A DNA stretch of 64,000 nt. It comes from Plasmodiophora brassicae (taxonomy: Eukaryota). Shown piece by piece: positions 20,782 through 42,687 of the stretch. Position 1 is the stretch's first letter. Each line of letters starts with the position of its first letter. The notes under the pieces were generated by a model, which was given only the letters and a program-made list of their open reading frames with translations, made no database searches and was not told the origin of the DNA. The DNA lies in NCBI GenBank assembly GCA_036867785.1, contig CP145414.1:372001-436000 (forward strand). The letters run 5' to 3'. A program made the position numbers and the translations under genes.

Positions 20782-23700
20782 ATGTCGATGTGGACCGCCG
20801 ACAAGGTACGGCAGACGTTCATCGAGTTCTTCCAGGGCAAGGACCACACGTTCTACCCGTCGTCGCGCGTCATTCCCTACGATGACCCGACGCTGCTCTT
20901 CATCAATTCCGGCATGTGCCAGTTCAAGCCCATCTTCCTCGGCACGTATCCGTGTACTACGTCGCACTCCTTCGTCTAACCTCCTGGGTACAGGCTCGGT
21001 GGACCCGTCCACCCCTCTCTCGAAGCTGTCCCGCGCGTGCAACTCCCAGAAATGCATTCGTGCCGGGGGAAAGCACAACGATTTGGTTGGAACCTGTGTT
21101 CGACCTGGGTGTCGCAATGGTTCTAATATGTCCCGTAGGATGACGTCGGAAAGGATACGTACCATCACACGTTCTTCGAAATGCTCGGCAACTGGTCGTT
21201 CGGCGACTACTTCAAGGCCGACGCGATCACCTGGGCGATGGAACTGCTGCACGATGTGTATGGATTGAGTAAGGATCGCCTGTACGCGACCTACTTTGAA
21301 GGAAATGAAGAGCTGGGGCTGGAGCCCGACCTGGAGTCGCGAGACCTGTGGTGCAAGTTCCTGGATCCGTCGCATGTCCTGCCGGGCAACATGAAGGACA
21401 ACTTCTGGGAGATGGGAGATCAGGGACCTTGCGGCCCGTGCTCCGAGCTTCACTACGATCGCATTGGTGGACGCAATGCCTCCGGTCTCGTCAACATGGA
21501 CGATCCGGACGTCATTGAGAGTAAGTCGACCACGTGGCGCCCGCAGTACTGCCAGGCAGACGGTTTGATTCTGTTTCCCTCAGTCTGGAACATCGTGTTC
21601 ATGCAGTACAACCGCGAACCTGATGGGTTGCTTGTCCCTCTTCCCGCCAAGCACATCGATACGGGAATGGGATTCGAACGTCTAGTCTCCGTTCTTCAAA
21701 ACGTTCGCTCCAACTACGATACCGACGTGTTCGAACCGTATTTCGAAGAGATTCAGAAGCTGTCCGGTTCGTTACTGCATATGGCAGTTGCCGACGATGT
21801 ACTGTGGGTTTCATGCCGCTCTGACAGGTGCCCGTTCCTATCAAGGCCTAGTCGGTAAAGACGACTCGGACGGCATCGATATGGCCTATCGTGTCGTTGC
21901 TGATCACATCCGTAACCTTTCCGTTGCCATTGCCGACGGTTCCGAGCCAGGTTCGTCACCTGCAGGCAGCATCAGTATGTCGTTTCATTGGAACGTGTGT
22001 GCAGGCCCGACCGGGAGGCAGTACGTTCTCCGACGCATCCTTCGTCGCGCGGTGCGATACGCGCATTCATTCCTGGGTGCCAAGGACGGGTTCTTCCCCC
22101 AACTGGTTCCCGTCGTCGTACGTGAACGCTGCGCCTTTATGGTTGCTTCCGCAACCTTGACCTGACATGGCCCCATTCGGTAGTGTCAAACGCTGGGCGG
22201 CGCGTTCCCTGAATTGACGCGAGAGGCCCGCCGCATCAAGGACGTTCTTGCTAGCGAGGAGACCTTGTTCCGGAGAACGCTCCAGAAGGGCGAGCGTGAG
22301 TTTAAGAAGTGCATTCAGGACATCACCGACAAGGCGCGGAACCTGTTTCTACAATTCAGCTTGATGGTCTTATTGCTTGACATAGGTCATTCCTGGCGAG
22401 GTTGCATTCCGTCTGTACGATACGTACGGGTTCCCTCTAGACCTGACCGTGCTGATGGCCGAGGAGCAAGGCATGACCGTCGATACGGCGCAGTACGAGA
22501 AGGAAATGGAGAAAGCTCGGGACCTTTCACGATGCAACGCGCGAAGCGGCAACGCGGATCTGACGATGGACGCTGAACACATTGCCCACCTGGAGAAAGT
22601 CATTGGCGTGCTGCCAACGGACGACTCCCACAAATACGTAATGTCCCGCCGGTTGCCGCGCTGACCTACCTACCTAGCTCGTCACGCTTACAGCCTACCC
22701 AATAGGTGTCAGATTCGAACCTGTCAAGCACGGTGCAAGCCATTTTCCTTAATCGCGCCTTCGTATCCGAGACATCCGAAGTTGCAGAAGCTGTCCATGG
22801 TATCGTCCTGGAGGCGTCGTCGTTCTATGCCGAATCCGGTGGCCAGACCTTCGACACTGGTATCCTTCACTCTGCCGACAAGTCGACGATCTTCCAGGTG
22901 ACGGATTGCCAGTCCTGGGCGGGCATTGTGGTTCACATCGGCACCATCGTCAAAGGAAGCATCCGCACTGGCGACACGCTGCATCTCAACGTCGACTATT
23001 CCAGGCGCAGCCGTATCGTCCCGAATCACACGGCCACCCACATTCTGAACTATGCACTGAGGACCGTCCTCGGCGATCACATTGACCAGAAGGGGTCCCT
23101 CGTCGACGACGCCAAGCTCCGGTTCGACTTCAGCCACCCATCCGCTGTCAAAGTTGACGACCTGAAACGGGTCGAGCGAATCTGCAATGAGCAAATCGAG
23201 GCGTCGCTCCAGGTTTTCACCCAGATCGTCCCTTTGGCGCTTGCGAAGAAGATCTGCTCGTTGCGTGCCGTCTTTGGCGAGACGTAACGTCGCCTTTGTC
23301 GATACTGGAGTGCGTTAGCTGAAGCTCGGTGTACAGGTACCCCGACCCAGTACGTGTTGTATCGATTGGCCAATCCATTGATGCGATGGTTGCTGATCCA
23401 GACAACCGCGAATGGTGAGTCGCAAGGTGGTGCCGTTACTCGCTGAAGACTATTGATCAACCCGCTTCAGGTTGAAGCATTCCGTCGAGTTCTGTGGCGG
23501 TACCCACCTGACAAACACGGCAACCGCTCAGCATTTGTCAATCATTTCCGAGGTCGGCATTGCTAAAGGTTCGGCAGCGTGGTGCCACGAGGCCTGCATT
23601 ACATTTTAATCCAATGCTATCGTAGGCGTTCGTCGAATCGTAGCGGTCACTGCAGAGGCATCGCAAGAAAGCGTTGCCCGCGCGAACGACTTGCTCAGCG

Positions 23701-24344
23701 AACTTCGACGTGTGGCAAACGGCGAGCAGGCAACGATTGGCGAACAGGTCACTCGCTTGCGTACCAAGTTCGAAGACATGTCGTCGTCGTTGCCAGCGAT
23801 CACCAAGTATGAAATCGAGCAACTCATCAACGACACGCTGAAGTCCTACATGCAGTTCAAGAAGGAGCAGATCAAGGAACGTGAAGCCGAGGCGATCGTT
23901 GCTCTGGAAGACGCCACAGAGCGGTCGCCACCCTTCATCGTCCACCGAGTCGACCTTGATGCGAAGTCCTTGAAGGTGATCTATTACGCGTAACTGCGCC
24001 GTTGCATTCGCTAAACACGTTTCGGGAATAGAACATCCTCGCGAAGGCGAGGATCGGCGCGACACCGACGATGCTCGTATCGGGTGACGACGGAAAGTCC
24101 AAATGCGTTGTCGTGGCTCAGGGCTCATCCTCTGTAGGCTGCCTGTTATGTGCCAGTTTCACCGCTCTCATATGCCCGCCAGATTGACGCTACTGCCTGG
24201 ATCTCGGCCGCGCTGCAGCCGCTGGGCGGCAAGGCGTCCCCCGTTCCCAAACCCGGCCAGGTGGTCCAAGGCGCCGCGCCAGCAGGCAACATCGATGAAG
24301 TCGTCCAGGCGGCGGCACAGTTCGCCCGCTCAATCACAGGTTAA
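20782..24344 (+). CDS. AARS: Alanyl-tRNA synthetase, copy 1 (eukaryotic cytosolic type, many introns)
   Basis: [101 protein letters not shown], editing motifs NHTATHIL and EFCGGTHL. Confidence 0.97.
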
Positions 24345-24622
24345 CCCACCTGCGCCACTGGAATACACTCGCTAGCTGGTTGTCCACAGCCACACGGCAA
24401 CTACAGGGTACAGGGTGGCGGGCGCACTGCAGTTCCGCACTGTTGCGAGCTGCAGACTGCAGAGCAGACACGTCACCCTGGGAACAGCAGACAGCGCCGG
24501 CGCCTGGGAGCCACTGTGTGGCCCAGTCGTCCAGGTGTGTAGCTCGTACGGAGTCCGTAGGTACGGGGCCAGAGGCGCCATTCTGTCTGGTTCGCGTGGC
24601 GACGGCAGCGCCTGTCGAGAAC

Positions 24623-27600
24623 ATGTCGACGTGGACGTGCGACCGCGTCCGGCAGACGTTCATCGAGTTCTTCCAGGGCAAGGACCACACGTTCTATCCG
24701 TCGTCGCGCGTCATTCCCTATGACGACCCGACGCTGCTCTTCATCAACTCCGGCATGTGCCAGTTCAAGCCCATTTTCCTCGGCACGTATCCGTGGATCA
24801 CGTCGCACTCCTTCATCTAACCGCCTGGATACAGGCTCGGTGGACCCGTCCACCCCTCTCTCGAAGCTGTCCCGCGCGTGCAACTCCCAGAAATGCATTC
24901 GTGCCGGGGGAAAGCACAACGATTTGGTTGGAACCTGTGTTCGACCTGGTCGTGGCAATGGCTCTAATCTGTCCCGTAGGACGACGTCGGGAAGGACACG
25001 TACCATCACACGTTCTTTGAAATGCTCGGCAACTGGTCGTTCGGCGACTACTTCAAGGCCGAAGCCATCGCCTGGGCGATGGAACTGCTGCACGATGTGT
25101 ATGGATTGAGTAAGGATCGCCTGTACGCGACCTACTTTGAGGGAAATGAAGAGCTGGGACTCGAGCCTGACCTGGAGTCGCGAGACATGTGGTGCAAGTT
25201 CCTGGATCCGTCGCATGTCCTGCCGGGCAACATGAAGGACAACTTCTGGGAGATGGGAGATCAGGGACCTTGCGGCCCGTGCTCCGAGCTTCACTACGAT
25301 CGCATTGGTGGACGCAATGCCTCCGGTCTCGTCAACATGGACGATCCGGACGTCATTGAGAGTAGGGCGCGAACGTTCTGGTGTAGAAATCGGCTAACGT
25401 CAGGCTTGCACAGTCTGGAACATTGTATTCATGCAATACAACCGCGAGCCCGATCGGTCGCTCGTACCGCTGCCCAGCAAGCACATCGACACGGGAATGG
25501 GGTTCGAGCGCCTCGTCTCCATTCTTCAAAACGTTCGCTCCAATTACGATACGGACGTGTTTCAGCCGTACTTTCAGGAGATCCAGAGGCTGACAGGTCG
25601 GTGCCGTGCTGTCTCACATTCCCTTGTCATTCTGATGGTTGGCCGGTTGTGTAGGGGTTCGCCCCTACAAAGGCCAAGTCGGTAAACACGACACAGACGG
25701 CATCGACATGGCATACAGAGTGATCGCCGACCACATTCGTAACCTTTCCGTTGCCATTGCGGACGGTTCTGAACCAGGTGCGTCGTCGCCTGTCAACGTT
25801 GGTCACTATCTTGGATTCACTGACAATTCTGCAGGTCCGACTGGGAGGCAGTATGTTCTCCGACGCATCCTTCGCCGTGCCGTGCGATACGCGCATTCGT
25901 TCCTGGGTGCCAAGGACGGGTTCTTCTCGCAGCTTGTTCCCGTTGTCGTATGTTCGGTTCGGCATTTGCACCATGTGTCTTGCATCTGATTTCGGCAATG
26001 CGGCAGTGCCAAACGTTGGGCGGCGCATTCCCTGAACTGATCCGAGAGGCCGACCGGATTAAAGCCGTTCTCGCTGAGGAGGAGACCCTGTTTCGAAGGA
26101 CGCTCCAAAAGGGTGAGCGGGAATTCAAGAAGTGCATCCAGAACATAACCGACAAGGTGTGGCGTCTGCTGCTTTGACCTGCGGAGACCTGCTAATGGTA
26201 GCATAGGTCGTTCCTGGAGAAGTTGCGTTCCGCCTGTACGATACGTATGGGTTCCCTCTCGACCTGACGGTGCTGATGGCGGAGGAGCAAGGCATGACCG
26301 TCGACACGGCACAGTACGAGAAGGAAATGGAGAAAGCTCGGGATCTTTCGCGTTGCAACGCACGAAGCGGCAAGGTGGAACTCAGAATGGAGGCGGAACA
26401 CATTGCGCACATGGAGAAAGTCATTGGCGTCCTGCCAACCGATGACGCCCACAAATACGTAATGCCCATGATAGTCAACATCGTAGGTCTGTTACTTATC
26501 GGCTGTGCTTCAGGTCTCTGACGCGGACCTGTCGAGTACGGTGCAAGCCATTTTCTTCAATCGTGCGTTTGTTCCTCAAACGACGGAAGGCGAGGAGGCG
26601 GTCCATGGTGTTGTCCTTAAGGCCTCGTCGTTCTATGCCGAATCCGGTGGCCAGATCTTCGACACTGGTATCCTTCACTCTGCCGACAAGTCGACGATCT
26701 TCCAGGTTTTCGACTGCCAGTCATGGGCGGGCATTGTGGTGCACATCGGCACCATCGTCAAAGGAAGCATCCGCACTGGCGACACGCTGCATCTCAGCGT
26801 CGATTATTCCAGGCGCAGCCGCATCGTCCCGAATCACACGGCCACCCACATTCTGAACTATGCACTGAGGAGCGTCCTCGGCGATCACATTGACCAGAAG
26901 GGATCCCTCGTCGACGACGCCAAGCTCCGGTTCGACTTCAGCCACCCATCCGCTGTCAAAGTTGACGACCTGAAGCGCATCGAACAAATCTGCAATCAGC
27001 AGATCGAGGCGTCGCTGCGGGTCTTCACGAAGGTTGTCCCGTTGGCGCTTGCCAAGAAGATCTGTTCGCTGCGCGCCGTCTTTGGTGAAACGTAGGCGTG
27101 ATCGTTCTGTGGATTGCACCTCTTTCTAACGCCATGGGGGCAGGTACCCGGATCCAGTGCGTGTCGTATCGATTGGCGAGTCCATTGATGCAATGGTTGC
27201 CGATCCAGAGAATCGCGAATGGTTGGCTGGTCTGTTCCGCTATGTGTGTTCCTGGTAACTCAGCGGTTGCGCGCTCAGGTTCAAGTATTCCGTCGAGTTC
27301 TGTGGTGGAAACCATTTGTCGAACACGGCCACGGCTCAGCATCTGTCGATCATTTCCGAAGTTGGAATTGCAAAGGGTTTCTCTGCATGTTAAGACCCGT
27401 CCATCGTCAGAGGATAACGTTTTGTCGTTGCAGGCATTCGTCGTATTGTCGCGGTCACTGCTGAGTCTTCACATGAAAGCGTGGCCCGGGCCGCCGAATT
27501 GCTCGGCGAACTTCGGCGCGTGGCGAACGGCGAGAAGTCCAAGATTGGCGAACGGGTGACCCGCATCCGCACCAAGTTCGAGGACATGTCGTCGTCGCTG

Positions 27601-28151
27601 CCGGCGATCGCCAAGTACGAAATCGAGCAGTTCATCAACGAAACGCTCAAGTCCTACATGAAGTTCAAGAAGGAGCAGATCAAGGAACTTGAGAACGGTG
27701 CAATTGCCGCCCTGGAGAAATCTGCAGAGCGATCCTTGCCCTTCATTGTCCATCGTATTGACGTTGACGCCAAGTCACTGAAGGTTCGTCGGTAGCCGTT
27801 TTCATTGGTCGAATCGTTTACGGATTCCACGTAGAACATTATTGGGAAAGCAAAGATCGATGGTACACCAGCCCTCCTGATCTCCGGTGACGATGGGAAA
27901 GGCAAATGCGCTGTCGTTGCTCAAGGGTCTTCCACCGTACGACTATGCTTCCCTGCAAATGCTCTTGTTCTCATTTATTGGTCGTTCAGATTGACCCGAC
28001 CGCCTGGATCTCGGCTGCGCTTCAACCATTGGGCGGCAAAGCGTTCCCGTCGGCCAAGCCCGGCCAGGTTTGTCAAGGTGCCGCTCCAGGTGGAGACGTC
28101 AATGGCGCCATCCATGCGGCGGAACAGTTTGCTCGATCCATCACAGGGTGA
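24623..28151 (+). CDS. AARS: Alanyl-tRNA synthetase, copy 2 (tandem paralog, same exon structure)
   Basis: Same motifs and intron positions as copy 1. The editing motif reads EFCGGNHL. Confidence 0.96.
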
Positions 28152-28224
28152 CCAGTTCCTTCCCGAACCGAAATACACAGACACACTGAGGCAAACACAC
28201 ACTGTGTATATCATCATCGTCCCG

Positions 28225-28380
28225 TTAGCACGGGTGGTCCTGGCAGTGGGCGTTCCAGTCGAAGCACCGGTTCAGGCTGTAGTCGTACGTCTCGGACCCC
28301 TTGCAACCATGTTCGCCAGCATGCGCCTGCCGGGCCAGGAACAGCAGAATCGCGGCCAGCAGCGTCTTCACGGCGGCCAT
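28225..28380 (-). CDS. Small secreted cysteine-rich peptide (51 aa, 4 Cys)
   Basis: MAAVKTLLAAILLFLARQAHA-GEHGCKGSETYDYSLNRCFDWNAHCQDHPC*. It has a signal peptide with an AHA site, and nearly all codons end in G/C. It is below the ORF-track size cutoff. Confidence 0.75.
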   Translation of the reverse strand: MAAVKTLLAAILLFLARQAHAGEHGCKGSETYDYSLNRCFDWNAHCQDHPC

Positions 28381-28514
28381 CGGGTCAATCGACAACGTTT
28401 AATCGTGCGCTCAGGGTACGCTGCGATCCCTATAGGCTGTTCGTCACAAGCAGTAGCAATAAGTGAACCTTTAGTCTGAATCGTATAGGTCGCGTAGGGG
28501 GGACGGGCGGGTCG

Positions 28515-29195
28515 TTAGGCACGGAATGGCCATAGCTGGTGCGACGCGGTGATGCCATGGGCCTCCAGGAACTGTTTCTGCAATTCCACGGGCAGGTTCT
28601 GCGCCTCGCCGTTCAGGATCTGCTTGACGCGCGCGCGTTCCGGCCAGGTCACGTCCGGCTTGAACTCGATCTTGCCCTTCATCTTCCAATCCCTAACGGG
28701 CGAACTTAGCGCGACCATCGCCCCGGACAGCAACCGAGTACCCAGGGAATCGTCCGACGACGTCATTCGCGTTCGCACCCGCGCCGGTCGTAGATGACGC
28801 AGGTGGTGCCTGCCCCATCGGGACGAACGGCGTCTGTGCAAACGCCGTCGTCGGCATCATCGCGGATGGCACGAGGCGATGGCCGCCACTGGCAAGAACG
28901 TCGTTACTGGGCGCAGCAGGCGGGTACATGGCCTGGTATTCACTGCTGTGGTATCGCATGAACCCGGATCCGGCCGTATCGAGGCTATCGCCTCCCGAGT
29001 TCCAGCTCGGGGCCGGCTGGTCGCACACGCTGGCGAACGGCGTCGCATCGGAATCCGCCATCATCAGCAACAGGTCCGGCAACGTCATCTCGCGCGCCGT
29101 ATCCTGCTCCTGCGCGGCTACGCGTCAGCGAGGGACCGTGGACCTGCGACACGCGCGGGTACCTCGGCGGGCGGCGCCGGCATGTTGAACAGCAT
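28515..29195 (-). CDS. Hypothetical protein with a low-complexity P/A/S N-terminal half and a compact C-terminal domain (2 introns)
   Basis: ORF pieces 28693-29088 and 28515-28690 (DWKMKGKIEFKPDVTWPERARVKQILNG...) can be joined by a GT-AG intron. Confidence 0.55.
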
Positions 29196-29451
29196 TGCTG
29201 TCGCAAGGTTTGCCAACGCGGAACGGTCACCTGGGCGTTTCCGTCCCGAACGCTGAGTCACGCCGCTGGAACGGTCAGGATGCCCAACTGGGGTAACTCT
29301 GGACACTGCGTGTGGTGGCGGAGGGCCATCGTGCGTGGGCGGTCACCCGCGCATGCGCCGGAAATAGCGCACGCCATTGCAGCTGCACGTGGACGACGAC
29401 GTAACCCTGCGAATGAAATGGAATAGGACGTCCAGTCGTACGGTTTCATTA

Positions 29452-40325
<10,874 letters not shown>

Positions 40326-40363
40326 TGCTGCAGACGGTCAACGATGCCGCCAGGCGCCCGCAG

Positions 40364-40672
40364 TTATCGTTTTGGACAGCTACCGAGCGGTCGCAAGGAG
40401 GACCCCGAAGCCTCTGGACCCTGGCCCAGGCTGCAGATGCCAGGCCTGAGGCGCTCGCCTGCTCAAACGTTATACATGATTGCCTGATGACGGCGAACGC
40501 GTCATGCTGGTAGTGCTTATAAGTGCCAATGTCGTTTGAGTTGATGATGCTCCTGAGCAGAGCGTGATTCGTCTGCCTTGTTGGTTACGACGTTCCTCCC
40601 ACACTGGAGAAGTACGGTGCCCGACTGGGGACGTAGAACGCTTCCTTCTTCGGCCCGTGCTCGCCACGACAT
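40364..40672 (-). CDS. Possible small 3-exon hypothetical protein (~70 aa)
   Basis: MSWRARAEEGSVLRPQSGT|TNHALLRSIINSNDIGTYKHYQHDAFAVI... can be joined via short introns. The second intron would need a GC donor. Confidence 0.3.
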
Positions 40673-41034
40673 AGAGCGTGGCGGTGTACCAAACACCAAT
40701 GATGCTGGTGTTCAACGCGAAGCACACGCGGGGAATGCCATGGGCCATCCGGGCTATTGCAGAAGCCGTTGTAGACGGAACAAGTCAACGTTGAATGTCT
40801 AAACAGCCCCTCCACCGGGAAGTTCGAATCGACAGTCGGAACAGCGAGAATACACGGGGAGGTCAGCGATGGGCTGTATGATGAATTATATCTTCGTTTC
40901 GTTCCAATCGGGCTGTTGCTTGTCTCCGCGTTATGCCTTTCTTAGACTAACAGCCTCGCTAACTAACCGTACAGGTAGGCGGTATATGACGGTATCGATC
41001 AAACGTTGTACCCTCCATTAGCGCCGCTGTGGCC

Positions 41035-41369
41035 ATGGCCAACGCACCAGACTTCTCCAGCGTCGTACCATTCCTGACGGAAGAAGAGCAGGCCAGGTTT
41101 ACTGCAGGACAAGTGAGGAGATCCGATTCCGCCGCCTTGTTTGCGCAGGTGGGTTTCAACGAACTATGTAGAGCTCGATCTTCGTCGCCAATGAAGTGTA
41201 CCTGCGGGAGCACCCGGAGCTCGGGACGCTCGTGCGGCAATTCCTAATCGAGACTCTGCGAGCCCGCCCAGCGAACGTGGAGAAGTTTGCATACAGTATG
41301 TGCCTGTCAGTGTCCGCTTGTCGTTGATGTTCATTGTAACAACCAGACTACTTCTGCAAGAAACGCTGA
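41035..41369 (+). CDS. RIIAD1: RIIa docking/dimerisation-domain protein (RIIAD1-like), 3 exons
   Basis: Introns 41113-41171 and 41296-41346 give LTEEEQARFTAGQ-SSIFVANEVYLREHPELGTLVRQFLIETLRARPANVEKFAYNYFCKKR*, matching the RIIAD1 pattern NExYLRxHxE...RPxNxxEFAxxYF. Confidence 0.75.
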
Positions 41370-41585
41370 ACCGCAGTTGTGCATTAAACCAGGTCGTTCT
41401 TCGCGTGGCTTGAGTCGCCGGCGGGTCGCCATTGTTTCCCCAGGGGCCTATTGACGACGGACGTAGATCAGATGGCAGCGAGTCGCCCCGACTCGACTCA
41501 CTCGTGGAAATTTCAGTCGACCCGAGCCGGACTCGCCGCGCTAGCCTAGGACCCGGGTCCTGGGCTTGCAGATGGCCTAGTGGAC

Positions 41586-42340
41586 TTGTGATGGTCTCTC
41601 TAAGTCCCTGGCACCCATCAACGACACCAAAGTTCTCTTGTCTGGATCTGACTATCGTACCCTAGGTAGGCCTGGTCGTTCCGATCTACTACATGCTTAT
41701 GGAGCACGCTAGGAACGCTGTTGCGGCAAAGTCGGGTTTCCGAGCGACTTACACGATTAAGTTTGCGACCAGCGTTCAGATGAAGGTAGACGTTGAGCGA
41801 AACGAGACAACGATTATAGCAGCAGTCCTCGATCCCCGAATGAAGGCGTTTCGAGCACCTTCAAACTGACAAAGCGCCCGTCGAGAACGCTAGCTGCGAA
41901 CTACAAAACACGTTATGATGCCAATTTCGCAAGTGATGCCGTTGAAGACGGAACCGAGAATATCGTATCATCATCATTTGGAACAAAGGTGGCGATAAGC
42001 AGCCTGCTGAACCCACTCCCAACCGCCTGGATCAGGGATCGTGAATGTCCAGCGCGCCATTCGAGAACGAACATCAACGGTGGTTCTTCCACCAGGGTAT
42101 GCCCATGGAGCAAAGCTCACGTGATGTGTGCACGTGGTTTGAAATGAACAAGCACATGGTTTCAAGGGTCAAAATGATGGCGTGTGATTTTCATGGGGGT
42201 GACGTCAATATTGGTTCCCAGCGAGATTGCATTCTCGACGGCGGGGTGATCTACCATTAACAAACGCCGATCACGCCTGAGCAACACAGCAGTCACTGCC
42301 ATTTGCGAAATACAGTCCCTCTTGCAATACAAATCAAATG
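41586..42340 (+). pseudogene. Decayed hAT-family transposase, C-terminal portion
   Basis: LAPINDTKVLLSGSDYRTL, IIAAVLDPRMK, DVCTWFEMNKHMVSRVKMMACDF, then frameshifted VPSEIAFSTAG*STINKRRSRLS (hAT dimerisation domain). Contains stops and frameshifts. Flanked by GAGTCG/CGACTC/GACCCG subterminal-like motifs (41411-41540, 42498-42516). Confidence 0.85.
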
Positions 42341-42687
42341 ACGTATTCCGTTAAGTCCTGGTGTTTCCATGTCTTCTGGAAGTGTTTCCCGGCTAATGGC
42401 CTGAAAATCATGCTTGATCCTGTCGCCTCGGGTCTGGCCCCATGGACCTCTGGGCTAGCCTCGGGGTAGACACCCGGCTGGGCAGGTCCCTGACGCGCCC
42501 GACTCGAGCGACCCGTTGACATTAAAAGATGGACGTTATCTTCCAAAGTCTAATTCTAGCAGCAGCCGCGGGTTCTTTCTTTCCGGGCTAAATCGGGCAC
42601 GGCGTCCGCCGTTTCCGCAGCCAATGCGCCCAGACCGCGCTCATTCGTAAAACGGAGCAACTGGCTGCGATTGCCGTCCGAGCGCTT

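Noticed and set aside
20653..25294. Long minus-strand ORFs (266 aa, 273 aa) opposite the AlaRS genes
   Set aside because: Antisense shadows of GC-biased coding sequence. They are similar to each other only because the sense genes are duplicated.
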